Shown here one piece after another: positions 49,997-61,744 of a DNA stretch of 64,000 bases. Location of the stretch: NCBI RefSeq assembly GCF_052425735.1, contig NC_135760.1, positions 3,782,001 to 3,846,000 on the forward strand, read 5' to 3'. How positions within the stretch are numbered: position 1 is the first letter of the stretch; each line of letters begins with the position of its first letter. Under the pieces are notes generated by a model. The model saw nothing but the letters and a program-made list of their open reading frames with translations, was not told the DNA's origin and did not search any database. A program made the position numbers and the translations under genes. This DNA comes from Oculina patagonica (lineage: Eukaryota).

Positions 49997-52900
49997 ATGA
50001 TGTTTCTGACGAATGAGCTTGCGAAGAAGGCTGAAACAACTATTTTGCCGGCACGGGATACAACACGGCCTGGGCTCCAGGCCGGTGCATTATGGGGGTT
50101 AGCCAGGGGTATATAAAGGGAGTAAAACACGTGATAGTCATCTAGGTCTCTGAACCAACCCTGTTCAGTGCTCCGTTAATTTTGTTCACTCGGTTTTCTC
50201 TCGCTTGTGCCGTTGTGTTCGCTATGTCTATTGCCTACGACGAAGTTTCGGCTCTTATCAGCGCCAACAACCCGCAGTTGATAAATTCTTTCCAAGCATC
50301 TCCTGCAGGTTAGCGGTGGCTAAATTAACCTGGCCACGAGGAAGCCGCGGATATACAAATGGAGGAGTTAAAGAAGCTTTCAGTCAGCGAGCCACTCAAG
50401 TTTAATCGTAAAGCTTATGAAGTCCAGTTCAAGCTCAATCTAAAACTAGCGGAACTAATCGTCGGCGCCAAGTCTGCCGCCCAAAAGTCTCAGCTCGTCA
50501 ATATTGAAGCCGATCTGGACGAAAAGAAATACTCTAAGAAACCCGGGCATTAGCGTGCTACCTGTTCAACGATGACCAAACCGTCTGCCTTCGCTAGCTC
50601 CTAAAAGAGTTCAAGAGAAGGACAAACCAGGTGTAGTCCATTTCGATTTTAATATCGAAGCGATAGTTGATGATAGAAATTTGAATTTTGCTTTTCATCG
50701 TTTTGCTTTGAAATTGTTTTGCTTGAATGTTTCTTATACGCTCTTTTATTCACATTGTGTTTCCGATTTTTCCTCTAGCCTACCGTGCGAAGAGGGCTTT
50801 TATATAATTGTGGATTGATTTCTGGCGTTCCTGAGAATCTTTACAATTCATTTTTAATGTCACCAGTCAAGGTTACAAGAGTCTCAGTCTTCCTCGAACT
50901 TCAACGCCTTCTGGCAAGGCTAACAATGCTTCGGTGCTTTGTTGCAAAGCTGTTAACGAACTCCTCCATGCAATCCTTACTGTAGAGATTTTTTGCGTGC
51001 AGATATTATCAACTGTAAAGCTTAAATTATGAACTCATATTCCGCTCGACAGATGTGTACTGTATGTGTCGAGTCGCTACTCGCATAATAATTTTCTTAC
51101 ATGTGCAATATGCTAATTATTAACTAACACAGAGAAAACAATGTGTTATGTTGCATCTACATTCACGCGTAGCTCCGGCTACAAAGGTTTATTTTGGATC
51201 TTAAGCACGTGATTTCTCCCTTTTTTGTAACTTGATTTGACGACTTGAACGTCGTCGTTCAGATCTTAAACAAAGGTTTCCATTTATTCTTATTTGGTTT
51301 GTAATCAGGATATTGTCTCATCGATATTTTTCCCGCGCATCGCAATTTTCTTTCGTCCGCCTAGCTTTTTGGGTATGGTTTTTTCAGATTATTTCTTTTT
51401 TGCGTCCTTCCATTTGGACGGTCTTCAACCCCCTTTCATGTTTATTTTATTATAGTGTTTTACCTATTCTTAGGCCCTATGAAGGTACGGGCTTCCCTAT
51501 AGCTATTTCCCTCGATAATGGGTTTAGTGGGGAAGCTGACCATCTTTCCGTCGAAATTATCAGTTTATTTGTGCACTCTGGCTTATTGAAGTCTGGCTTT
51601 GTTCCTTACCTAGACAAGTCTCAGTACAGTGGGAGCCTGCACAGACCTACGTAGTTACAAGATTTATTTTCTTGGTGATCTACATTGCTGTTTCTTGGGA
51701 ATATCATTCCTGGTTTCGCTACCCTGCAGTATGTCATTTCTGTTTAGACTTTCGGAGATACAATATCCTCTCCCTTTATGGGTAGTGTTTTGGGTGGCTT
51801 AGTCTAGAGTGCAGTAAGTTCCACTTGGAGGGTACTTTAGGCTGTGTGCCTCGCCTCAGAAGCCTTTCATTGTTAGCTTGTTAGTTCTTAGGTCATCTGG
51901 TTTTCCTTCAACCAGAATGTTGCACTGCCTTCCTTTTTTCTTTACCGTGACGGCAGTAGGAAGGTTGATCCCTTGCCTTTTATTGGATTTTATTATTTCC
52001 TTGGGGTTTTGCATTTACTGTTGCCTTTATTGTTATTGTTATTTTACGCCATGGTTGCCTTATATTCGCCATATAGGTTAGCCTCTTGCGTGTAGTTTGC
52101 TTTTACTTTTATCGCGAATCAAGACTCGTTTTCATTGTGTCTTTCTCTAAATCATAACTTTAGATGTCCTTTTTATGCTATGTTTTGCTCTGCTTGGTTT
52201 TTCTTTTATCTCCTCAGGTGTTTTTTGCTCAGCTTCTGGCGAAACCAGACCGTACTGGCAGATGTATTGGCCCTATCCAGGCCGGGTCCGGTGGACAGTC
52301 TGAAAACTACGGTCCCTTCTTCTAAGGCACGCAGTACTTCTTTTCAGTATTACCGTGCATGATGCAGGTGGAAGGAGTTCGCGGTCTGTAAGATTTGATA
52401 ATATTTTTGTAGTGAGAAAAAGTGATATTTTCTTCTATGAAAGTTTCATTGCCATTCAAGTGCTTAAAAGTTAGAACGGCCAGCTCCTTTAGGTAAAGTG
52501 CGTTGTTATTTTCGAGCTATCCAGCTCCGCTTGTCCTGTTTATTTGCACACATGGTACTTTGATTATCTTCATATTTCCCTCCACTCTAGAATACTCATT
52601 CTTAGCCCATTTTTAGGGGAAGGTTCTTGCTACACCGTAGTTTCTGGAAGTCTGCTTTAGCCCAAGATATCAATGTAGATGACAGCATTGAGCAAACAAC
52701 TTACGCCCAATACTTTGTCGTTCTATCGTGGTTTGGGTTGGTTCGTGTCAGGCCGCCCTCCTAAATAAACTTATTTGTCCTATAGCTGTGTGCTTGTTTG
52801 TTGTGTAGTGGAGGCAAAATATGATGTTTCTGACGAATGAGCTTGCGAAGAAGGCTGAAACAACTATTTTGCCGGCACGGGATACAACACGGCCTGGGCT

Positions 52901-55072
52901 CCAGGCCGGTGCATTATGGGGGTTAGCCAGGGGTATATAAAGGGAGTATAACACGTGATAGTCATCTAGGTCTCTGAACCAACCCTGTTCAGTGCTCCGT
53001 TAATTTTCTGTTTTTTGTTTTTAGTTTTTTCATATTTTCTTCCGCCTCGTTGCTGACTAGCCTTGATTTTACTTGATAAGCCTCCGTAGGTCGGGCTACC
53101 AATCGTTGGACATGAGCCATGGTTCCTACCCAGATTTCCGGCCTCTTTATGGCAGGTTTTTTCTGGCCTCCGTGCTATCAGTCTATTGCTCCTGTAGTTT
53201 TTTAGCCTACCTGGTACTAATTGTTTTGTACTTTTTGTTTTGTATGAGTAGGTTCTTCTTTTTGGTCCAAAGTTGTGGATTACTCAGCCCATCTGGCAGT
53301 TTACGCTAATTAGAGTTTGTTTAACTTGCAACTATATTTGCCTTACTGGCTCTACAAGTTTGTATATAGGGGATTAAGGTCCAAAGAAGTGGGCCCCTCA
53401 GACTAACTGGCAGTTGAACACTAAGCTTGTTTTCCTTGCACTTTATTTTCCTTACTGGCTCAATTAATTGTATTTAGGGGGTCTTAGTCTAATGTAGTGT
53501 ACTCCCCAGTTCGTTTGCCTTGCAAGTTTGGCATGTCGCTTTTGTATGTGGGGTATTTTGGTCCAAAGTTGTGGACTCCCCAGCTTAACTGACAGTTTGA
53601 GATGTAAAGCTTGTTTAGTTACCGTTTGGTCGTGCACTTACCAGTTTATGTAAACTTGAGAAATAGCTCCGCACTTTCATATTCATTTTTTCGTAAGTCA
53701 TTCACAGTGTGATGTCATTCTACTTCAGTATACGTATGAGTTGTTACGTATCTGCTTTTGTTTATACTCGCTGTGTAGCCCTTGCAGCTGTTTGTAGAGA
53801 ATTAGGTTTGTAGCTACTGTAGTTTATTAACTGGTACTATATGTTATTTCTGACGAATGTGCTCGCGAAGGAGGCTGAAATAACTATTTTGTCGGCAAGA
53901 GATAGAACTAGAATTGGGCTCCAGGCTGTGAGGTCACGGGTAATGACGTAGGGCTATATAGGACAAAGGACATGTAGGACAAAGAGAACTGAAAGCTTTT
54001 TTAACATTTCGCTACATTTCGTAACTAATATTATGCGTAGTCCTTTCTTGATAGATTTTTAATTGTAAATAGTTGACTTATCATTTCATGTAAGTGTTAC
54101 TCGATAATTCAGTTCCGTTCAACTGCAAAAGAGTTTAAATTAACTATAGGAAGACTTTAGTGTATAGCACGTGGCTGTCAAGGCCTCAGAGCCAACTGCT
54201 TTCTTGTTCTGCAGTTTACGTTTATTTTTATTTCATTTTGTAAAGCCACGTAGGATTGGCTTGGAGCTTGAGCCTTGGTTCCTACCCAGGTTTCCTGGCA
54301 TGCATTTTTTCCCCACTGGGGTTTTTTGTGCCAGGTTTTTCTGGCCTCCGTCTAACCGTATGCGTTTTGTAAGCGGTTGCTCAGCTCTGTACGCTTTAGG
54401 GCTTTTTCATTCGTTTTTCATTTTCAATGTTTTAACGGTACGTCCACGTCGTTAGAACATATGAGATTTGTAACACATCCTAGATTCTTGTCTTATCGGA
54501 GTTTTGGTTCTCCGACCTAACTAGCTAAGCCTGTGTTTTAGAGTAGCTCCCTAGCCTAACTGGCACTAAGCCTGAGAGCTTACTGGGAAATGTAGTTCAA
54601 GGCGTGGGTTTTCGTCCACGTCGTTAAAACATATGAGATTTGTGACATATCCTAGATTCCTGTCTTATCGGAGTTGTGGTTCTCCAGCCTAACTGGCTCT
54701 TAGCTTGTGATTTAGAGTTGCTCCCTAGCCTAACTGGCACAAAGCCTGAGAGCTTACTGGGAGATGCAGGTCTAGGCGTGGGTTTTCTTTGTAAATTTCG
54801 CCTAACTGGCGTCCTATCGCCTTGTCCAGTTGATGTCGTAGCTACTATTTGTAATGACAGTAATTTAATTAAGTTTAATATGGATAAGGATATTTTACTA
54901 TAGATGTGTCCTGTAACAAGAGTTTTGAATGTGTTCTACTTGTATGTAAACATTGTAAAATAGTGTAAGGAAATGTATGGGATTTGGGTTGGTTCGTGTC
55001 AGGCCGCCCTCCTAAATAAACTTATTTGTCCTATAGCTGTGCGCTTGTTTGTTGTGTAGTGGAGGCAAAATA
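49997..55072 (+). mobile_element. Ngaro/DIRS-group tyrosine-recombinase retrotransposon, decayed
   Basis: Split direct repeats A1 49997-50183, B1 52732-52821, A2 52821-53007, B2 54983-55072; gag-like LKFNRKAYEVQFKLN; RT-like IAISLDNG..KSGFVP..KS; YR-like remnants at ~52300-52560. Confidence 0.8.
54441..54787. repeat. ~172-bp tandem duplication inside the Ngaro element
   Basis: Two units beginning CGTCCACGTCGTTA.AACATATGAGATTTGT. Confidence 0.8.
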
Positions 55073-55780
55073 AGTTAATTCTACTGTTTGATTTGTATTG
55101 GGGTTTACAGTTATGTACATGTGATATGAATGCTGTGCTAGGATTGGTTTGCACCCTCATGAATAATTAATGAATTTTACAATTATAATTATCGGCACTG
55201 CCTACCAGTACCTTGTCTAAGTGCATCAAGGCCCGCACTTTCTAACCTGTGGTTACCACTAGTTATTATTGGTAAACAGGTCAATTACTCTAACCGGCTC
55301 AAGAATATACTACCCCTTTTGCATCATGTTATCATAAAAATAAAATATATATATATTGAATCAATTGAGCGATCCATTGCCATAGAAAATAACAAACTAA
55401 AAACTCACGTTGAAAAGTGGAAGCCATTCATCAACAGTCTGTAATATAATGTATAAGATTATTAAGTTTTTTGGAGATTAGGTTTTTAACACGTACCGTA
55501 ATTAGTTTTGTAACGTGTAACGTAAGTAATGTAGGATATTTGTGTAATAAAACATAATTTACTGTGTAATGTAATGTAAGTAGGGTTATAAAAATGTAAT
55601 GTGCTGTAGTGTAAGTCTTTTGGAGCATTAAAGTAAAAAAAAAACCTTGTTAATTTATCTTAACTGTTTTTAAACTACCGCACAATGTCTCGACTTGCCA
55701 CAAACTTGTTGTTGCGAAATCACGAAGTCCAACAGCTTCAGTGTCTCCTTGACTCTCTTGGGTGACGAGTAAAGCAAATA

Positions 55781-56277
55781 CAGTAGAACCCCGGTAACTC
55801 GAACTCTGAAGGGAAACGTAAAACAGTTCGAGTTACCGGGGTTTCGAGTTATCGGGGTCGATTGCATATTTAATTTGCCAAGTTAATAATTGATAGTTAA
55901 CTGATTTTTCAGCACTTCAGTATACGGTACAGTGCAAATTGAACTTAACTTGTCAGAAACTCTAACAAGACCATACATTCTTATTATAAGAGTGGAAAAT
56001 GGTTGTAAAATACGTGATCTGTTCGTTGCTCTAATCAATGGGCAACCGTGCCAAGTTGCAAGAACCGGAATTCGAGTTATCGGGGTAAATTTGACCCAAA
56101 TTTTGTTCAAGGGAAACGAAATTTAGTTCGAGTTAGCGGGGTTTTCGAGTTATCCGAGTTCGAGTTAACCGAGTAAAAATGACTGAAAAATGAGGTCAAA
56201 TCCAAGGGAAATGGAAGTTTGTTCGAGTTAGCGGGGTTGTTCGGGTTATCCAAGTTCGAGTTACCGGGGTTCTACTG
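55781..56277. mobile_element. Tc1/mariner (pogo-like) MITE
   Basis: TA TSD; TIR CAGTAGAACCCCGGTAACTCGAAC; internal TTCGAGTTA repeats; empty site near 8854. Confidence 0.85.
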
Positions 56278-56567
56278 TAATAGTAGCGAACCCGAGTTTG
56301 CGGAAGTACTATACATGTTGAATTGTCCATATAAGCGATAAAAAACTATAGCTTCACTGGAACTCAACGGGAATGCAATATTAGGTCACACAGATGCTAA
56401 TGCACGGATGAAGTTGTGACGTAAACGCTGAATTACATAATTGTGAAACTAAGAAGTACTTGCGTAACATAAAAATAAGAGGCTTGAGAAGCAAATTTTC
56501 TGCTTTGTGCGAAATTTTATTTGCGCAACAATTTCTTGGTTTACCTGAATATCTCGATTCAGCAACC

Positions 56568-56747
56568 ATGTCTGTCGTCAAAGAAAGCTGGCAAACAACA
56601 AGACTCACCATCAATAAAAGAAGCAAGTATATGTTCAACAACGATCTTTTCAGCGATGTGAAGTTTGTTGTTCGCAATACTAGTGACGGTGAAAGTAAAA
56701 GTAAACAAGTGATTCCAGCTCATAAGTTCGTGCTTTCGATTAGCAGC
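56568..56747 (+). pseudogene. BTB copy 10, 5' fragment only
   Basis: MSVVKESWQTT..PAHKFVLSISS, then an abrupt join to sequence homologous to ~13175. Confidence 0.85.
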
Positions 56748-58366
56748 CACTGCAAAGTGACATGTAAAGTGCAGATGTACAGTAGCATACTGAACAGCTG
56801 TTTGTGATCCAGAAACTGTTCGGTTTTTTGACAATAAAAATTCAGTCACGATCTTACAGTGTTGTCACTCCACCTAGGAATATTAATGGGTGCCAAGAAA
56901 CCTGACCATGCTGGTGAAATTAACAAAAAAAACTGCGATAAAGAAGAATTCCATTCAGAGGGAGACACAGTACTAAAAGTTAGTTGATTTCAACAATGAA
57001 AGTGAAGCACCGAACGTACGGGCTCGGACTATGATGCCGGAATATTCTCAAGGTTGCTCAGTCTACCATCGATCACAGCTTAAATAAACGCACCAACACT
57101 CCAAATAATAAATGGCACGCAATGCATGCAGAAGCGATGACGTTTAACAAAGGGTCTTAACAGGAAAATTGTCAAAAATTTATTGACAACGCAAATAAAA
57201 GTTCAGTGGAGCCCCGCTTTACGGAACCTGCTTTATGAGGATAGTTTCGTTTGTCCATACATTTTCTCTATCATTAACTTGGTTGATACATGTGTAAGAA
57301 TACCCATTAATAACGGACACTTTTTATTCTGTGATCCGCAAGTGAAACGCTCTCATACAAAGTTAACCTCGGTTTATGGACACTTTTCGGTCACTGCTTA
57401 TATTACCTTTGCACCGTACATTTTTCCATTTGTAACCATTGTGTGCTTATTACACTTCCTTAGAAAAATGAAAACTTTTCTACAGGCTATGCGTTTCATT
57501 CTAGTTTCGTTACGTTGAAGCGTGACTTTCGATTTACGATATACGATACTTGTTGCGAGCGACCAGACATGCAAGGTCAAGTGCTATCTCTGAGCGGACC
57601 ACACAGGCCCATTGTATTAAAACATCTCTTAAGAAATTTCGAGCGACTGTGTAAGCGCATATAAACAGTGCTTTTAAATGCTGATTTTAAACGGAGAACA
57701 CGGTGCCAGATAGAAGAAATATGATCCATACTTCGGAGTTACTGCCCGGGCAGTTACCCTGAAACGAATGCAACATATTTCTTCTATCTGGTGCATTGTT
57801 CTTGTTTACACAGGCCAATTGTACAAATGTCTGTTTACTGAATCTAATAGAATTTGTCAAATATAATTTGTCTCTCGAAGGGCTCCGACATAAAGCGTTG
57901 ACTACGTCACGCTTAAAAAAAGCGCTGACGAACAATTGACCACTCTTACACTAATGCATTTGCTGTTTCCCCTACTAAGTGATTTTCAATAAAGCCGTAA
58001 TAGCAAACCGAGACCTGAATTGCATGTGTGAAATTTCGGACAAGAATGGTCTAAAGAAATATTTTTTACCTCTGTTTTGTTTGTTGTTGTTGTTTTTTTA
58101 CAATAGGACAACAAGAAGTAATGAAGCTCTTCGTGAAAGTGACCAAGAGAAAAGTCAGAGAAGTTGACAATTATTGAAACATCCCTGGTCACGCTAACTT
58201 AACTGATTGCGTGATGACTTCCGGCCAAGTAATTTTATATCCAAATTTTGCTAATTTTTTCTAAGCCACCACTGACTCAAGTTGCCACCCAATTTTCCAC
58301 GACAACTATACAGCCTAGCAATCTAACATTCTCTGGCTTTACTTCTTCGATCTAAGTACAAAAACC

Positions 58367-59704
58367 ATGTCTGTTGTCGAGAAAAACTGGCAAACAACAA
58401 GACCCACCATCAGAGAAAGAAGTAAGTATATGTTCAACAACGATCTTTTCAGCGATGTGAAGTTTGTTGTGCTAAAGGCCGATGGCGAATGTGGAAGTAA
58501 ACAAGTGGTTCCAGCTCACAAGTTCGTGCTGTCGATTAGCAGTCCTGTGTTTGAAGCCATGTTTTACGGTGAGCTGGCAGAGACTGGAGACTCTATTGAA
58601 CTGCCTGACTGTGAGTACGAGAGTCTATTGGAGTTGTTTCGCTACATGTACAGCGATGAAGTGCAGCTGAGCGGAAGTAATGTGATGGGAGTGTTGTATT
58701 TGGCGAAGAAATACATGTTGCCTTCACTGGCCGATAAATGCACGGAATATCTACAACATAATTTAGATCCGTCGAATGTTTTCAGCATCCTGCCCTTTGT
58801 TCAGAAATACGAAGAAAAAACCATGGTGGATCGATGCTGGAAAGTGATCGATAAAGTTACAGAAGAGGCTGTGAAATCAGAGGGATTTTCGACAATTGAG
58901 AGGTCCTTACTTGAAGCAGTTGTCGTAAGAGACACTCTGACGATTGAAGAGATAGAGCTGTTTAAAGCTGTTGACTTGTGGGCAACGAAGGAGTGTGAGA
59001 GACAAGGCTTGGCGGCGGATGGTGCAGTTAAAAGAAGAGTTCTCGGAGAAGACGTGATTGAAGGAATACGCTTCCCAACAATGAAGCAAGAAGATTTCGC
59101 TAGCGTGGTACTGGACAGCAAAATTCTAACGCCGGACGAAATCGTCAATATTATCAAATATTTCAATTCAGTATCCACTTCTCCAGTAGGATTTCCAGAA
59201 ACCAAAAGATCCATTAACAGTGGTAATAATATACTACGATGCTGTAGAGTCGGCTCAGTGTCAGACCAAGCTTGGGGTTATGGTGACCGGAAAGATGCTA
59301 TTAATTTCTCCGTAGACAAAGACATTGAACTCTGTGGAGTGTGCTTCTTTGGAAATCAAGAAAATAAACCTTTCTCAGTCGATTTGGAGGTGGTGGACGT
59401 CCAAGGTAAAAAAGTCTTGATGTCAAATTCCGGAAGATTTTTCTCATCACTAGTACAGGCCAGGAAATGTAGTTACTACGGTTTTGAATTTTTACTTGAG
59501 AAGAAAATTATTTTAAACAAGAACACCACGTACGGCATAAGGGTTCTCATATCAGGCTCTCCTTCGTTACGTGGAGTAAACTGTGTCAGGTCTGTTCAAT
59601 GTTCAGATGTAACATTCACATTTTTGGACAGTGTCCACGCATGTGATGGAACGGATCTTAAACAAGGTCAATTTCCAGAATTATTGTTTTGCCTTAAACA
59701 GTAA
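58367..59704 (+). CDS. BTB-BACK-PHR protein (BTBD3/6-like), copy 11, 445 aa
   Basis: Intact ORF; PHR half closest to copy 3. Confidence 0.95.
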   Translation: MSVVEKNWQTTRPTIRERSKYMFNNDLFSDVKFVVLKADGECGSKQVVPAHKFVLSISSPVFEAMFYGELAETGDSIELPDCEYESLLELFRYMYSDEVQLSGSNVMGVLYLAKKYMLPSLADKCTEYLQHNLDPSNVFSILPFVQKYEEKTMVDRCWKVIDKVTEEAVKSEGFSTIERSLLEAVVVRDTLTIEEIELFKAVDLWATKECERQGLAADGAVKRRVLGEDVIEGIRFPTMKQEDFASVVLDSKILTPDEIVNIIKYFNSVSTSPVGFPETKRSINSGNNILRCCRVGSVSDQAWGYGDRKDAINFSVDKDIELCGVCFFGNQENKPFSVDLEVVDVQGKKVLMSNSGRFFSSLVQARKCSYYGFEFLLEKKIILNKNTTYGIRVLISGSPSLRGVNCVRSVQCSDVTFTFLDSVHACDGTDLKQGQFPELLFCLKQ

Positions 59705-60811
59705 AGATTACGGAAAAATCAAGTCGAAAATGAGCCAAAGTTCATCCAAGACGCTTAAAGCCTGTTCTCGATAAAGGAAAAAAGACTATCAGTTTTCAAA
59801 TTTAATTGTAAACCATTCAGTGCGAAAGACATACGTTGACTTTTGCCGAAGGTCACCTTATGTCTTTTGCACTGAAAGACTTGAAGACGGTGATAAAAGG
59901 AAAGGCGCATGGGTGAGGGTTAAAGGGGAAAGAAGGAAAACAAAACAAAACAAAATATTGTAAGTTTTGATTCGCATACACGATAACTGATTAAATATTG
60001 TGAATTTGTCTATAAAAATACAGAAATTAGTCCTTATTTTAGGAACGGTTCAATTTTTGCAACAAAGCACTTGAAGATCCCGTTTTAATCCTTAATCTCC
60101 ACAGACATTTTGTCACTTATGGGGTAATTCCCAAAGTGTTCGCCATAGCCTGCCAACAGACTCTCTCTTGTTTAATTCTGCGCTGCTCTCTTGTCTGAGT
60201 TTTACGTTGACCTCACGCGAGCGACTGAATTACGAGCCGGCAGGTATGTGTCTCGCGGCTTTCGCACAGAGAACGCTCGCAGGCTACGGCGTCACAAGCA
60301 GATTAGTACGGATGAGTGTCAAGAAAAGAAACAACGATGTGGTTTGATAAACCACGAAATTCTATGTACTAACATTAAAAGAAATGTATTGTGAACAGTA
60401 TTGAGAATTGATATCTTGATTCTGGGACTTAAACAGTAAACCTTACTACTCCTGAGTAGTAGTATACTAATAGTCATGATTTTAACTTCAGCCGGCCCAC
60501 CTTTGTCCAAAAAACATTTTGCAATAAATACAACAAAAATACAAAAAGTAACAGAAAAAAATCCGTTTTATGTTAATCCTGTAAAAGAGTATAGAACCTC
60601 ACAAGAAATACAGTGAAAATCCTAGTACCGATAACACAACGGCCCAAAATAGCAGTGTTGCTTTCTTCTGTTTTAAAGCAATGTGCAAAAAACTTCCTTG
60701 TTCAGTTTATAATTCAATGTTACAGCCCTGCGATAAAGATGCTTCCAATCCAACTAGAGTTTTATTTAGAATAAGGGTTTCAATTTTCACATAATTTTAA
60801 TTTTTATCTTA

Positions 60812-61192
60812 GGCCGTCCCCTTTTTTTTCTCTGTTTACCGTCGACTGCGTTTCCTTATTTTGGGTCGGTCGGTCGGATCAAAAAAAAAAAAACTTAAAA
60901 AAAAAATCAGGAGAAAGCTGGAACTAAGAGCCTGGAAACAACGAAACGTGGTCTCAAAATCAACATGGCGGCAATGGAAAAAGAAAAGTTCGATGTAGTG
61001 GTTAAACTCAGCCAAGAAAAGCGAAAACAGATGAACAACCAACACTCGTTTGGGATCTGCGAGCATCCACGACTTTCCAGCAACCGCTGGAATAGCAATT
61101 TTTTCTAATATCACAATTTTTTTTTTTTTTGGAAAACCCCAAAATTTGGGTCGGTCGGACGACGGTAAACGGAGAAAAAAAAGGGGACGGCC
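60812..61192. mobile_element. TTA-TSD MITE (Zator/Harbinger-like)
   Basis: TIR GGCCGTCCCCTTTTTTTTCTC.GTTTACCGTCG; TTA on both flanks. Confidence 0.85.
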
Positions 61193-61537
61193 TTAGTTTT
61201 TAATTAGTGTCACCAATTAGTGTGTAAAACGCTAGAACGATTGACAATAAAGTTTACTACTTTTACTACTATCCAGAGGAAGTCGTTAATGCTAATACTC
61301 GCCGGATGCAATTACTAACAGACCTAACAGACTATGAAGAATATTCTCTCTGAGTTGCGCTCTGTCAACCATAACAGATACCGACATTGCTATACTTTTA
61401 ACACTGATTCACGAACACTCCAAATCACGGCATAAGCACAACTGACCAGTCTTGCATTCACCAACAACACTTGAGCATTTGCTGTTTTCCTAACACGTGT
61501 TTATTGCTCATATAAGACGCAACTTGACTAAATTAGT

Positions 61538-61635
61538 TAGCGTGACCGAGAAATGTTTACACCAACAAACACATATCCTGTCACGCTAACTGATTGCGTG
61601 ATGACTTCCTCCTAAGTAATTTTATATTCAAATTT
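61538..61635 (+). promoter_or_regulatory. Upstream module of copy 12
   Basis: TAGCGTGACC..GTCACGCTAACTGATTGCGTGATGACTTCC..TTTTATATTCAAATT. Confidence 0.55.
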
Positions 61636-61744
61636 TATAAGCTACCGCTGGATCGAGTTGCCACCCACATTTCCACGAAAACTACACTGCTTCGCAAACT
61701 GAAATATTCTTCGTCTATATTTCTTCGTTCTCAGTACAGAAACC

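Larger units (their letters stand above)
48590..55644 (+). mobile_element. 5'-truncated, decayed L1/Tx1-like LINE split by nested insertions (LINE parts ~48590-49729 and ~55263-55644)
   Basis: FIWKGCDKIKRLALISDYKNGGLRMP, ILWNNQF and FQYKILNRIL..EESLEHLLCYC (zf-RVT-like); resumes IIGKQV..IERSIAIENNKLKTHVEKWKP; ATTAAA plus an A-tail at ~55628-55644. Confidence 0.75.
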
